In this document: positions 49,233 to 58,670 of the stretch, piece by piece
Position numbering within the stretch: position 1 is the stretch's first letter
Layout of the letters: each line of letters begins with the position of its first letter
IMG/VR virus record: IMGVR_UViG_2706796033_000001
Span: 1 to 64,000 of that record
Source: a virus
Taxonomy: Duplodnaviria; Caudoviricetes
Direction: 5' to 3' (one strand)
DNA length: 64,000 nucleotides
Position numbers and translations under genes: made by a program
The notes under the pieces: model-generated
Seen by the model: only the letters and a program-made list of their open reading frames with translations
Database searches by the model: none
Told to the model about the DNA's origin: nothing

Positions 49233-50096
49233 GTGGCCGTTCACCTAAAGGTCTATGCCGAGAAGCTAGGCACTCTTAACGCTGCTGCGGAGCCGTTCAA
49301 GTTCCCCGGCGGGGAGCTGCACCTTAAGAACATCTTGCCGCCAATGGACTTTGACGGCGTGACGTGGATTGCGGACGTGCGGGGCGCTGCCACCGACGAC
49401 CTGATGACAGCGCTGCTGCTGGCCGACCACGCGGCGCAACAGGGCCAGCCGTTCGTGTTGTTCCTGCCGTACCTTCCGGCTGCTCGCGCGGACCGGGGCA
49501 CGCCGTTCGGCCTGCGGGTGTACGCGGACATGATCAACAACTCTGCCTATGCGGAGCATGTCATTGTCATCGACCCGCATTCGCCAGTGGCTAACCGGCT
49601 GGTTAGGAATATCTGCCCACTTGAGCCTCTGCCGCTGCTAGACCGGGCTTTGGAGAGTCAGGGCCATTGGCGGTACGACGGCATCATTGCGCCAGACAAG
49701 GGCGCGAGGGACCGGGCCGAGGCGGTCGCTAAGAACTACGGGTTAGACCTGTATGTCGCCGAAAAGGACCGCGATTTCGTGACGGGCCAGATTTACGAAA
49801 TTAAGGTGCCTAACCTGCCTAAGAGCGGTAAGTACCTGGTCGTTGACGATATCTGCGACGGTGGCCGGACATTCCTAATGCTGGCGCACGACACGTTTCT
49901 ACCCAAAGAGAACATTGATCTTTGGGTTACGCACGGCATTTTTTCCGGAGCGGCTACCAACCTCCGGAATTACTACGGGCGCATCATGACGACCGACTCT
50001 CACCCCGGCCATAACCGGGTGGGCGTGGCTACGTCGATTGTGCCGACTTTCACGTACATGCACCAGGCGATGGTTGAGCTTAAGGGGATAGGGTGA
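49233..50096 (+). CDS. ribose-phosphate pyrophosphokinase-like (probable Adps)
   Basis: FPGGE, PYLPAARADR, DPHS, APDKGA, VDDICDGGRTF, VTHGIFS. Confidence 0.88.
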   Translation: MAVHLKVYAEKLGTLNAAAEPFKFPGGELHLKNILPPMDFDGVTWIADVRGAATDDLMTALLLADHAAQQGQPFVLFLPYLPAARADRGTPFGLRVYADMINNSAYAEHVIVIDPHSPVANRLVRNICPLEPLPLLDRALESQGHWRYDGIIAPDKGARDRAEAVAKNYGLDLYVAEKDRDFVTGQIYEIKVPNLPKSGKYLVVDDICDGGRTFLMLAHDTFLPKENIDLWVTHGIFSGAATNLRNYYGRIMTTDSHPGHNRVGVATSIVPTFTYMHQAMVELKGIG

Positions 50097-51577
50097 GCAC
50101 GAAGTTCGCGCCGGTCGCGGCGCTATTCGAGACGGACGCATACAAGCTGGGCCACGTCGACCAGTACGCGCTTAGCGGGAATGTGACTCGGGTGTATTCC
50201 AACTACACCAACCGTAAGTCGCGTCTGCCGGGCGTCGATAAGGTCGTGCATTTCGGGTTGCAGGCTTACATCGCTAAGCATCTGATGGACGCGTTTGAGC
50301 CGTTCTTTGCGGCTAGGGAGAATGAGGTTGCCGCGCTTTACGAGGAGCGTGTTGCCCAGATTCTCGGGCCGGATGCAGCTCACGCGATTGGGTCGGACCA
50401 TATTCGCCAGTTGCATGGGCTGGGGTTCCTGCCGCTGCGGTTCTGCGCGGTGCCTGAGGGGACGCTAGTGCCTATCGGGGTGCCGTCGTTCACGGTGGAG
50501 AACACTCACGAGTCGTTCTACTGGCTGACCAACTACATCGAGACGGGCCTTAGCGCTGGGGTCTGGCAGGCCAGCACGTCCGCGACCATCGCTAAGCAGT
50601 ACCGGCGGGTGCTTGAGGCTGCGGCCTTGCGGACCGGCGCGGACCTGGCGGGCGTCGACTGGCAGTGCCATGACTTCTCTTACCGGGGCATGTCCTCACA
50701 TGAGAGCGCGGCGGCGTCGGGCGCGGCTCACCTGTTGAGCTTCACCGGTACGGACTCGCTGGTGTCGCTGGATTGGATCGACCGCTACTACGGCGGCGAC
50801 TACGTGGCGGGGTCGGTTCCGGCTACCGAGCACTCGGTGATGTGTACCGGCATTGAGACGGTCGGGGAGCTTGAGACGTTCAAGCGGCTGCTGGACCTGT
50901 ACCCGTCCGGAATCGTCAGCGTCGTGTCCGACACTTTCGATCTGTGGAAGGTGCTGACCACGTACCTGCCGACGCTGCATAAGCAGATCGTGGGCCGGGA
51001 CGGCAAGCTGGTCATTCGGCCTGACTCCGGCGATCCAGAGACCATCATTTGCGGCGACGACACGAATCCTCCGGCGTCCCCGGCGGGCATGGGCGTCCTA
51101 GGTCTGCTGTATGAGCATTTCGGCGGTAAGAAGAACGCTGGGGGGTTCATTGAGCTTGACCCGCACGTGGGTGTGATCTACGGCGACTCGATCACGCTTG
51201 AGCGCGCCGAGCGCATCACCGCGCGTATGGAGCGGCTGGGTTATGCGTCGTCCAACGTGGTGTTTGGGGTCGGGTCGTTCACGTACCAGTACAACACCCG
51301 CGACACGTTCGGGTCCGCGATGAAAGCGACGTGGGCTGAGGTCGACGGCAAGGGCTACAACCTGCTTAAGAATCCGGTGACCGACGACGGGACCAAGAGG
51401 TCCGCTACGGGCCGGTTGGCGGTGTTGGAGAACATCTGGGGCGATCTGGCGCTCAAGCAGAACGCCTCGATTGAGGACGAGAAGGCGAGCTTGCTCCGTC
51501 CCGTTTGGGAGAACGGAAAGTTTCTAGGCCGGCAGTCGTTTGCGCAGGTCAGGGACGTTCTAGCGCGTCAGCGGTAG
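50093..51577 (+). CDS. nicotinamide phosphoribosyltransferase-like (probable Namat)
   Basis: TDAYK..H, HDFSYRG, SVPATEHS, VSDTFD, IRPDSGD, YGDSI, TRDT motifs. Confidence 0.92.
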   Translation: MSTKFAPVAALFETDAYKLGHVDQYALSGNVTRVYSNYTNRKSRLPGVDKVVHFGLQAYIAKHLMDAFEPFFAARENEVAALYEERVAQILGPDAAHAIGSDHIRQLHGLGFLPLRFCAVPEGTLVPIGVPSFTVENTHESFYWLTNYIETGLSAGVWQASTSATIAKQYRRVLEAAALRTGADLAGVDWQCHDFSYRGMSSHESAAASGAAHLLSFTGTDSLVSLDWIDRYYGGDYVAGSVPATEHSVMCTGIETVGELETFKRLLDLYPSGIVSVVSDTFDLWKVLTTYLPTLHKQIVGRDGKLVIRPDSGDPETIICGDDTNPPASPAGMGVLGLLYEHFGGKKNAGGFIELDPHVGVIYGDSITLERAERITARMERLGYASSNVVFGVGSFTYQYNTRDTFGSAMKATWAEVDGKGYNLLKNPVTDDGTKRSATGRLAVLENIWGDLALKQNASIEDEKASLLRPVWENGKFLGRQSFAQVRDVLARQR

Positions 51578-51584
51578 GTGAGGG

Positions 51585-51602
51585 TGTCCGACTTTTCGGA
51601 CA
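51585..51602. promoter_or_regulatory. operator-like palindrome upstream of PNK
   Basis: TGTCCGACTTTTCGGACA is the exact reverse complement of 34555-34572. Confidence 0.7.
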
Positions 51603-51664
51603 CTTTCGCATGTTTCCGGAGTACATGTGTTGTACTCGAATGGCGAACGAGAAAGGAGGTCACA

Positions 51665-52591
51665 ATGACGCTGACCTTAACCGCGATGCGGGGCTATCCC
51701 GGTTCGGGTAAGTCCACTAAGGCGCGGGAGATTGCAGACGCTACCGGCGCTGTTGTTGTGTGCCGGGACGATCTGCGGATGATGCTGCACGGCACTTATT
51801 TCTCGGGCAAGAAAGAGCTTGAGGATGAGGTAACGGTTGCGGAGCGTGCGCAGGTCAGCGCGTTCCTTAAGGCTGGTATCTCGGTCGTTGTCGACGCTAC
51901 GCATTTGGAGCCGTCTTACTTGCGTAAGTGGGCGAAGATGGCGAGCCAGTACGGCGCAGAGTTCAAGCGCGTCGATATCGAGACGCCCGCTAGCTACTGC
52001 ATCGTCAATGACTTCAAGCGCGGCGAGGCCGGAGACCGGACTGTCGGCGCGGAAGTGATTAACCGGATGGCTAAGCGTCACCCGATTAAGAACTGGCCGA
52101 ATATCCAGGCTCCTCCGACGTTCGACCCTAAGCCGGTCGAGTGGGTGCCGGGTCTGCCGGAAGCCATCATTGTCGATATCGACGGCACGGTGGCGCACAT
52201 GGCGGGCCGGTCACCCTACGACTACACGCAGGTTCACACCGACACGGTTGACGAGAATGTGCGCTGGCTGGTCAACCACATGTACGAACTGGGCGATCCT
52301 GGCTGCCGGGTGCTGTTCGTGTCGGGCCGCGACGATTCCTGCCGTGAGGCGACTGAGCAGTGGTTGTGGGAGAACGGTATCTCTTACGACGAGCTGCACA
52401 TGCGGCCCACTGGCGCTAAGGACGAGCGCGGCAACAAGCTGCCGGATTACCTGGTGAAGTACGACCTGTTCAACCTGAACATTCGCGGTAAGTACAACGT
52501 CCGCTTTGTGTTGGACGACCGGGACCAGGTTGTGAATCTGTGGCGGTCACTTGGCCTTAAGTGCCTGCAAGTGCAGCCGGGGGACTTCTGA
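51665..52591 (+). CDS. pnk: polynucleotide kinase/phosphatase (T4 PseT-like)
   Basis: GYPGSGKST P-loop plus RDDLR; HAD motifs DIDGT, SGR, DDR. Confidence 0.92.
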   Translation: MTLTLTAMRGYPGSGKSTKAREIADATGAVVVCRDDLRMMLHGTYFSGKKELEDEVTVAERAQVSAFLKAGISVVVDATHLEPSYLRKWAKMASQYGAEFKRVDIETPASYCIVNDFKRGEAGDRTVGAEVINRMAKRHPIKNWPNIQAPPTFDPKPVEWVPGLPEAIIVDIDGTVAHMAGRSPYDYTQVHTDTVDENVRWLVNHMYELGDPGCRVLFVSGRDDSCREATEQWLWENGISYDELHMRPTGAKDERGNKLPDYLVKYDLFNLNIRGKYNVRFVLDDRDQVVNLWRSLGLKCLQVQPGDF

Positions 52592-52592
52592 C

Positions 52593-52793
52593 ATGGCTAA
52601 GACGTGGCAGGACGAACTTAAGGAATGGCTAGCGCGGACTGACGGCCTGGCGTTGAACCTGATCGGAGACAAAGCGCTAGCCGAAGCTCGGGAGCATATT
52701 CCATCTGTTCCTAGCGATGACTTCTGGCGCGGATACCGAGCGGCACTCAAAGACGTTGAGCAGTGGCGTAGGGCGCGGGAGGAGACCGACTAA
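52593..52793 (+). CDS. hypothetical protein
   Basis: Coupled ORF. Confidence 0.5.
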   Translation: MAKTWQDELKEWLARTDGLALNLIGDKALAEAREHIPSVPSDDFWRGYRAALKDVEQWRRAREETD

Positions 52794-52981
52794 TGGCGGT
52801 GAGCATCACCGGCGACGGTATGGCGATTGCGCTGGATGGCGAAGTGGGACTCACCTACGACCGCAAGACCAAGGTAATTGAGATTACCGGCCTTAGCGAG
52901 CATGACCGGGTAATCCACAGGACCGCGACTGGCGGCCTCGGTTCGACCTACGACCAGATGGTTCGTATCGAACTCAAGTAA
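52793..52981 (+). CDS. hypothetical protein
   Basis: GGAGGAG SD, coupled. Confidence 0.55.
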   Translation: MAVSITGDGMAIALDGEVGLTYDRKTKVIEITGLSEHDRVIHRTATGGLGSTYDQMVRIELK

Positions 52982-52985
52982 AAAC

Positions 52986-53106
52986 TTGGATGGGTGCGTT
53001 AAAGGGCGGTTAACCCGTTCCCAAAGTGGGAAGGTACCCATGTCGCCCCAAGCCTGGCCCAAGACCCAATCGAAGCTGGCGAGGTCTGTGCTGCGCACCC
53101 ATCTAA
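52986..53106. ncRNA. candidate structured RNA
   Basis: 13-bp closing stem TTGGATGGGTGCG/CGCACCCATCTAA with internal hairpins, intergenic. Confidence 0.45.
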
Positions 53107-53140
53107 CTAACTTTCCCCCTCCCCTAAACGGGGGACAGTT

Positions 53141-53554
53141 TTGGAGCACCTGCTAATAGCGCCTTTCAAACGGCCACCAATGACCGCTAACGATCAGCGG
53201 CGCGCACATTGGGCGGTAGTCCGAAAGGCCAAGCAAGAGGTAGGGGACACGGTTTACTGGTTGGCCCGGCGGGCGGGCGTTAAGGACTTAGGTCCGTCCG
53301 TCGTGTCATTCCTGTGGTACACGCCAACCAGGCGGGCTACCGATTCCGATTCCCTCGGCCCTTTCGTCAAAGGGGCCTTAGACGGATTAGTAAGGGCTGG
53401 CGTTTGGCCTGACGACAACTCTAAGTACGTCAAACAAACGCGCATGGCAGTAACGGACTCGGATACGAAAAATCCACGGATTGAGATAAGGATTTGGGAA
53501 GTTGGCGAAACCGGAATCGAGCTGGCGGGAGCTGGCGGCGTGCCAGTTCATTGA
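53141..53554 (+). CDS. rusA: RusA-like Holliday junction resolvase
   Basis: D.D....K...DGL..AGVWPDD motif. Confidence 0.85.
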   Translation: MEHLLIAPFKRPPMTANDQRRAHWAVVRKAKQEVGDTVYWLARRAGVKDLGPSVVSFLWYTPTRRATDSDSLGPFVKGALDGLVRAGVWPDDNSKYVKQTRMAVTDSDTKNPRIEIRIWEVGETGIELAGAGGVPVH

Positions 53555-53798
53555 CCCCGAACTGTTCTTCCCTAACAAGGGTGGATCGGCAGACGCGCCT
53601 AAGCGTGTGTGCAACACGATGTGTGACGTTCGGGAGCAATGCCTAGAGGCTGCGATGCGTGAAGAGTACGGCCTGAGTAAGACTCACCGGTTCGGCGTTC
53701 GCGGCGGGTTAGTGCCGAATGCGCGGTACGCGCTAGCGATAGAGCGTGGCGAATATGTCGGTAAGGATCATTGGGCAGATTACGGAGAGGTTGCGTAA
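53502..53798 (+). CDS. whiB: WhiB-family transcription factor
   Basis: WRELAAC...DPELFFP...C...C.V..QC...GVRGG. Confidence 0.9.
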   Translation: MAKPESSWRELAACQFIDPELFFPNKGGSADAPKRVCNTMCDVREQCLEAAMREEYGLSKTHRFGVRGGLVPNARYALAIERGEYVGKDHWADYGEVA

Positions 53799-54203
53799 GT
53801 GTATTCGGTTAACCAGCGCGTCGGCGTTGAAATGCGGTTCCGCGCCAATCAGATCAGCCGGGGTAATGCGTTCAGCATTCCGGTAACGAACGTGAGCGGT
53901 GTGCGGAGCAAGCTGATTCCTGAGCTGGATATTCCTGATCTGCCGGGGGCGGCTTGCAAGGGCACGGTTACCGACGCTGACGACGACCCGTTCTTTCCTA
54001 AGGCGGGAGCTGGCGGGCGGAAGCAGGTCGCAGAGGCTCGTGTCATGTGCAACGGCTGCCCAGTCAAAAAGAAGTGCTTAGACGTGGCGCTCGAGTGGGA
54101 CCGCGCTCACCCCGATTATTTCGACCGGACGCAAGGCGTTTGGGGCGGGACTACGGAAGCGGAGCGCCGGGAAATCCTTAAGGGGGAGAACAATGCTGCT
54201 TAG
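53799..54203 (+). CDS. whiB: WhiB-family transcription factor
   Basis: AACKG...FFP...C.GCPV..KC...GVWGGTTEAER. Confidence 0.9.
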   Translation: MYSVNQRVGVEMRFRANQISRGNAFSIPVTNVSGVRSKLIPELDIPDLPGAACKGTVTDADDDPFFPKAGAGGRKQVAEARVMCNGCPVKKKCLDVALEWDRAHPDYFDRTQGVWGGTTEAERREILKGENNAA

Positions 54204-54423
54204 CACCACGATAAAGCTGCACTGCGGAGTCTTGGAGTACGGGTTTAACCCGGCGCATAGCTACCACCTGGTCACGGTCTCTAAGGGCTGCACCAGGGCT
54301 TTCCGCCGAGACCTGTACCGGTCGGCGGGCGAGGCCGTTAACGCGCTGGCACCGTACCGCGAGGAGAACACAGAGGTGGCGTCTCTGATCCGCTGGCTGT
54401 CCCGCTTCCCGCACGATGCGTAG
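54193..54423 (+). CDS. hypothetical protein
   Basis: AAGGGGGAG SD. Confidence 0.5.
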   Translation: MLLSTTIKLHCGVLEYGFNPAHSYHLVTVSKGCTRAFRRDLYRSAGEAVNALAPYREENTEVASLIRWLSRFPHDA

Positions 54424-54498
54424 GCGTAAGCACCGCCGGAACTGGCGGCGGTTCCTGTCCGACCTGTTCGACTCATTCCTTGATGGGGTGTTCGACGT

Positions 54499-55065
54499 AT
54501 GGGACTAGCGGAACGCTGCCGTTCAGGGCGCAAGTGCGTTAGTCGCACTCCGGACGGCCCAGCCCTAGTCGCATTGCGTCCGCTGTGCGACGGCTGCATT
54601 AAGGACATTCAGAAGTGCCTAGATGAACTCCCGACCTACTCGGAACTGCTCGAAACGTATAAGGGCTACGTGCCCGGCTCGGTGGGGCAGTCGAAGGTCA
54701 GTTCATCGGCAGAGCCTAAGGCTCCGTTAAACCTGACGGTCGTTGACCTGATCGGCCAGATTCGCGCGGTGATCCACCGGGCGGACGGCTACCAGGTGCG
54801 CGACCTAATCACGCTTACCGGTGGCCTAGAGGTAGCGCTCGATATCCGTGATGTTTATTCCAAGGCTGACGGGATTATCGGGCTGCAAAGGGTGTGGGAG
54901 CGCCGGAGGGTGCCCTGTCCCGAATGCGGGCTACCCACGTTAGGTGGGTGGGTTGGCGAGGATCGCATTTACTGCACTAATGCGGATTGCGGGAACGTCT
55001 TAACCAAAGCCCAGTACGAAGAATATTGCGAAATGAAATCAAAGGAGAAACGTGCCAAACGCTGA
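54499..55065 (+). CDS. Zn-finger-containing hypothetical protein
   Basis: LCDGC and CPEC...C....C motifs. Confidence 0.65.
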   Translation: MGLAERCRSGRKCVSRTPDGPALVALRPLCDGCIKDIQKCLDELPTYSELLETYKGYVPGSVGQSKVSSSAEPKAPLNLTVVDLIGQIRAVIHRADGYQVRDLITLTGGLEVALDIRDVYSKADGIIGLQRVWERRRVPCPECGLPTLGGWVGEDRIYCTNADCGNVLTKAQYEEYCEMKSKEKRAKR

Positions 55066-55447
55066 AATTCAGATTCAGGGCAACCTTACCGCTGATCCGG
55101 AATTGCGGTTCCTTGACTCTGGCGTGGCCGTCGCTCAGTTCTCGGTGGCTTCTACGCCTCGGGTTAAGAAGGGCGACGAGTGGGTGGACGGCGAGACGGT
55201 GTTCCTCCGTACGCAGGTGTGGCGGGAGCTGGCCGAAGGCGCTGCCGAGAATCTGCGTAAGGGCGATTCGGTCGTGGTGATCGGCAAGCTCAAGCAGCGG
55301 AGCTACATGAAGGACGAGAACGGCGAGAAGGTTAAGAAAACCGTCTTTGAAATCGACGGCGAGTTCGTCGGAAAGAACGTCCGCAAGCGTCGGGAGCAGG
55401 GTGGCGGCGGGTACCAGTCTGCCGCTAACGACGCTCCTGCCTGGTAA
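55052..55447 (+). CDS. ssb: single-stranded DNA-binding protein
   Basis: GNLTADPELRF..SG.AVA.F.VASTPR...LRKGD.V.V.GKL.QRSY. Confidence 0.95.
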   Translation: MPNAEIQIQGNLTADPELRFLDSGVAVAQFSVASTPRVKKGDEWVDGETVFLRTQVWRELAEGAAENLRKGDSVVVIGKLKQRSYMKDENGEKVKKTVFEIDGEFVGKNVRKRREQGGGGYQSAANDAPAW

Positions 55448-55509
55448 GCGAAACCACCGGAGGTAGGGCTAGTTGATCCTGGCCCTATCTCCGGCCTTAA
55501 GGATACGAA

Positions 55510-55728
55510 ATGTCTCACGAGAAAACTTCCGTTGTGCTGCGAAAGATCGACAAGGCCGCGCGGGTGCGAGGTCTGACTTTCGAGATTCGACGGCCCGGCG
55601 GTAATCACACCATTTATGACTTAGACGGTCTGATGGTCACTATCCCGAATGGCTCTAAGGTCACGCGGGTTGAGGCCACTTACCGGCAATTGCAGGACAA
55701 ACTTGGGAAGGGCTGGTGGCGGCAGTGA
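55510..55728 (+). CDS. HicA-like small protein
   Basis: 72 aa, R.GGNH..Y...VTIP, LGKGWW. Confidence 0.6.
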   Translation: MSHEKTSVVLRKIDKAARVRGLTFEIRRPGGNHTIYDLDGLMVTIPNGSKVTRVEATYRQLQDKLGKGWWRQ

Positions 55729-55792
55729 CGTGGCGCAAGGTTCTTAAGGTAATCGACCGGATTTTGTGGGGTGTAGAGGGGCGGTGGGTTAA

Positions 55793-57079
55793 GTGAGCTT
55801 TGATGCTCCGGAGAACGCTAATTACGCGGCGACCATTGTTAAGTTGCCGCAGGGGGTTCTCCTAGACGGTCTGGACAACCTGGTCGGCGTGCCTATGTTC
55901 GGTTACCAGGCGCTCACCCAAAAAGAGGGCTACGAGCTGGGCGCGCTGCGCGTGCTGTTCATGGCTGAGACTCAGCTTGACACGGAGTACGCGCGGGAAA
56001 ACAACCTGTTCCGTGAGGCCACCTTGAACCGGGATGCCAGCGAGACGGGCTACCTAGAGCCGAATGCGCGCGTCAAGGCGCTCCGGCTGCGTAAGCACCA
56101 GTCGGACGCCCTGCTAATGCCGGTGGAGTCGCTGGCCTATACCGGCTACGACGTGTCGACGCTCAAGCCGGGTGACACGTTCGACAAGCTGAACGGTCAC
56201 ACGATCTGCCGGAAGTACGTCCCGAAGGGTAAGAAGCAGGCCACGCAGGGCCAGCCCAAGGTGCGTAAGCAGGTGGACGAGCGGCTGTTCCCGAAGCATC
56301 TGGACACGGAGCATTGGTTCCGGAATATGCACTACTTCCGCGACCCGAAGTCTGCGGTGGTGACGCAGAAGTTGCACGGTACGAGCTGGCGCGGTGGCAA
56401 CGTCCCGGTTAACCGGACTAAGGGTCGGTTTGAGCGGTTCCTGAACCGTCTGGGCATTGCGACTCCGGACACTGAGTACAAGCACGTGTTCGGCTCTCGG
56501 AATGTGGTTAAGGGCCGGTCGGAGAACAACCACTTTTACAAGGCTGACCTGTGGGCGAAGTTCGGCGAGAAGCTTGAGGGCAAGATTCCGGAGAACTTCA
56601 TCATCTACGGCGAGCTGATCGGCTGGGTCAGTGAGGATGAGCCGATCCAGCGGGGCTACACGTACAACCTGCCGCCGGGGCAGTGCGAGCTTTACGTGTA
56701 CCGGGTTGCGACGGTGAACCCTAAGGGTGTTATCGCGGACCTGTCATGGGAAGGTGTTAAAGACTTCTGCCGGTCGCTGGACCTTAAGACGGTCCCTGAG
56801 TTGCAGAACTTTAACAACTTCTTCGTTAACTCTGACGAGGAAGATGTGCGCGTTTCCAACTTGGGCGCTTACTGGCTGGATAAGCGTTATGCCGACATGG
56901 ATAAAGAGTGGCCGGACAAGCCGGTTCCGCTGAGTGACCGTAAGACGGTTGACGAAGGTATCTGTGTCCGTATCGAGGGCCAGATTCCGCACGTGTTCAA
57001 GGCGAAGTCGCCTCGGTTCTTAGAGCACGAGACTAAGCAGTTGGATAAGGGAGAGGTTGACCTTGAAGCGGTGGCCTAA
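55793..57079 (+). CDS. RNA ligase (Rnl2-like)
   Basis: Motif I TQKLHGT, YGELIG, EGICVR, FKAKS. Confidence 0.88.
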   Translation: MSFDAPENANYAATIVKLPQGVLLDGLDNLVGVPMFGYQALTQKEGYELGALRVLFMAETQLDTEYARENNLFREATLNRDASETGYLEPNARVKALRLRKHQSDALLMPVESLAYTGYDVSTLKPGDTFDKLNGHTICRKYVPKGKKQATQGQPKVRKQVDERLFPKHLDTEHWFRNMHYFRDPKSAVVTQKLHGTSWRGGNVPVNRTKGRFERFLNRLGIATPDTEYKHVFGSRNVVKGRSENNHFYKADLWAKFGEKLEGKIPENFIIYGELIGWVSEDEPIQRGYTYNLPPGQCELYVYRVATVNPKGVIADLSWEGVKDFCRSLDLKTVPELQNFNNFFVNSDEEDVRVSNLGAYWLDKRYADMDKEWPDKPVPLSDRKTVDEGICVRIEGQIPHVFKAKSPRFLEHETKQLDKGEVDLEAVA

Positions 57080-57242
57080 GGCCATTGTCGCGGGGGCCGC
57101 AGTGCTGGCAGCTTTCGGGCTGTCGGCCTGCGGCTCTGCCGTGCCAGCCAATACATACAAGCAGAAATTGCCGGATGGACGCACCGTTCAGTGCGTTACG
57201 AGTGGGCCTGCTATTAGCTGCGATTGGAGCAATGCTAAGTGA
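57057..57242 (+). CDS. small lipoprotein
   Basis: LSAC lipobox. Confidence 0.6.
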   Translation: MTLKRWPKAIVAGAAVLAAFGLSACGSAVPANTYKQKLPDGRTVQCVTSGPAISCDWSNAK

Positions 57243-57889
57243 CAGATATTAAGGACGCATTCAAGGCTGCCAAGCTGCGGGAGGCTGAGGCTAAGGCCGA
57301 TCTTGCGGTGTTGCAGACCGGCCAGGCGCAGCGGGCCGAGCGTCATTTCCTAGCGACCGACGACATGGTTCACCAGCACTATTTCATCGGCGGCGTGGAC
57401 TCTAAGAACGTCAATGAGTGCGCGCAGCACCTTGAGTTCTGGCACCGGCTGGACCCGACGTGCGACATGAACGTTGAGATTCACTCCGGCGGTGGGTCGT
57501 GCTTGGCGGGCTTGAGCCTGTTCGACAACCTGACCCGCTACAGCTTGCGCGGCGGTGGTGGGCACAAGGTGACCATGACTGTGCGTGGCTTGGCCGCGAG
57601 CATGGCGACGGTCCTGGTGCAGGCCGCCGACGAGCGCGTTATCGGGCCTGAGTCGTTCTTCATGGTTCACGAGCTGTCCGGTAACACGGCGGGCAAGATC
57701 GGTGAGCTTGAGGACACGATGGCGTTCTACCGGAAGCTCAATACGCGTATCGGTGAGATTTACGTCGAGCGGTCCGGTGGTAAGTGCTCTGCCGAGAAGT
57801 TCGCGGCGCTGTGGACGCGTCAGGACGTTTGGCTTAACGCTCAGGAGGCTTTCGATCTGGGCTTTGTGGACCGGATTGAGGGGGTCTAA
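57239..57889 (+). CDS. ClpP-like serine protease
   Basis: SGGG, GLAASMA (Ser), FMVHE (His), D.WL.AQEA..LGFVD. Confidence 0.9.
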   Translation: MTDIKDAFKAAKLREAEAKADLAVLQTGQAQRAERHFLATDDMVHQHYFIGGVDSKNVNECAQHLEFWHRLDPTCDMNVEIHSGGGSCLAGLSLFDNLTRYSLRGGGGHKVTMTVRGLAASMATVLVQAADERVIGPESFFMVHELSGNTAGKIGELEDTMAFYRKLNTRIGEIYVERSGGKCSAEKFAALWTRQDVWLNAQEAFDLGFVDRIEGV

Positions 57890-58324
57890 GTGGAGTACGG
57901 CATGAGCGCGGCTGACGCCGCATACAGGGACGCGGCTAAGGCTCCCACGTTGAATGGCCGTAAGGCTGAGCACAGGGTGCAGCCGCATGAGGTGGCGAGC
58001 GCTAAGGTGCTGCCGACCACGCGGGGCGAGGGTGAGGTATTGACCCTTACCGCTGCCGAGCACAAAGCGGCGCGCAAGGCCATCGGCCAGATTCACGCGA
58101 ACATGGACGTGAAGCTGCAAGCTGTGCTGGACGCCATTAACCACGTGCGGTCTAACGATCCGGTGGGGACGCTGCGTAAGAACAGCAAGGGCGTGTACGC
58201 GTTCGCATTTGAGCCGGGCAAGTGGCTGCTGATCGACGTGGATAAGCCTGCGTACAAGTCGGTGGAGACGCCTGCTGATAACGCGGCCATTCAGAACTCA
58301 TGGGAGCTGGTGGTTTCCGGCTAG
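57890..58324 (+). CDS. hypothetical protein
   Basis: Coupled ORF. Confidence 0.55.
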   Translation: MEYGMSAADAAYRDAAKAPTLNGRKAEHRVQPHEVASAKVLPTTRGEGEVLTLTAAEHKAARKAIGQIHANMDVKLQAVLDAINHVRSNDPVGTLRKNSKGVYAFAFEPGKWLLIDVDKPAYKSVETPADNAAIQNSWELVVSG

Positions 58325-58430
58325 TGGTCAATTACCTGTCGGGGTTGTTCGTGGGCGCGGTCGTTGGGGCCGCGCCCACGGTCTACCTGTTCGCCAGCGG
58401 CAAGTTCTCAATCACGCCTGAGGGGGACGA

Positions 58431-58670
58431 GTGAGCTACACATTGCTAGCAGGGTCAGCTAACGGCCTGGCCCTGGTCAGCCATCCGGACGGCGGGGTGT
58501 TCCGCTACAACTTCGGGCGTCCGGACGGCATCATCTTCTACCAGAATGCGGACCATGCTGAGGCGTTCAACCCTGGTGAGCATCTGCTGTGGGATTACTA
58601 CGGTCGCAAGTTCGACACGCTCGATGCGCTGCGGGTCTGGTGGGCTTACGAGCGGACCAGCGGTGGCTAA
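58431..58670 (+). CDS. hypothetical protein
   Basis: GAGGGGG SD. Confidence 0.55.
   Translation: MSYTLLAGSANGLALVSHPDGGVFRYNFGRPDGIIFYQNADHAEAFNPGEHLLWDYYGRKFDTLDALRVWWAYERTSGG

Noticed and set aside
51578-51664. N-terminal extension of PNK in the ORF track
   Set aside because: A strong GAAAGGAGG SD precedes the ATG at 51665, and the upstream segment contains the operator palindrome
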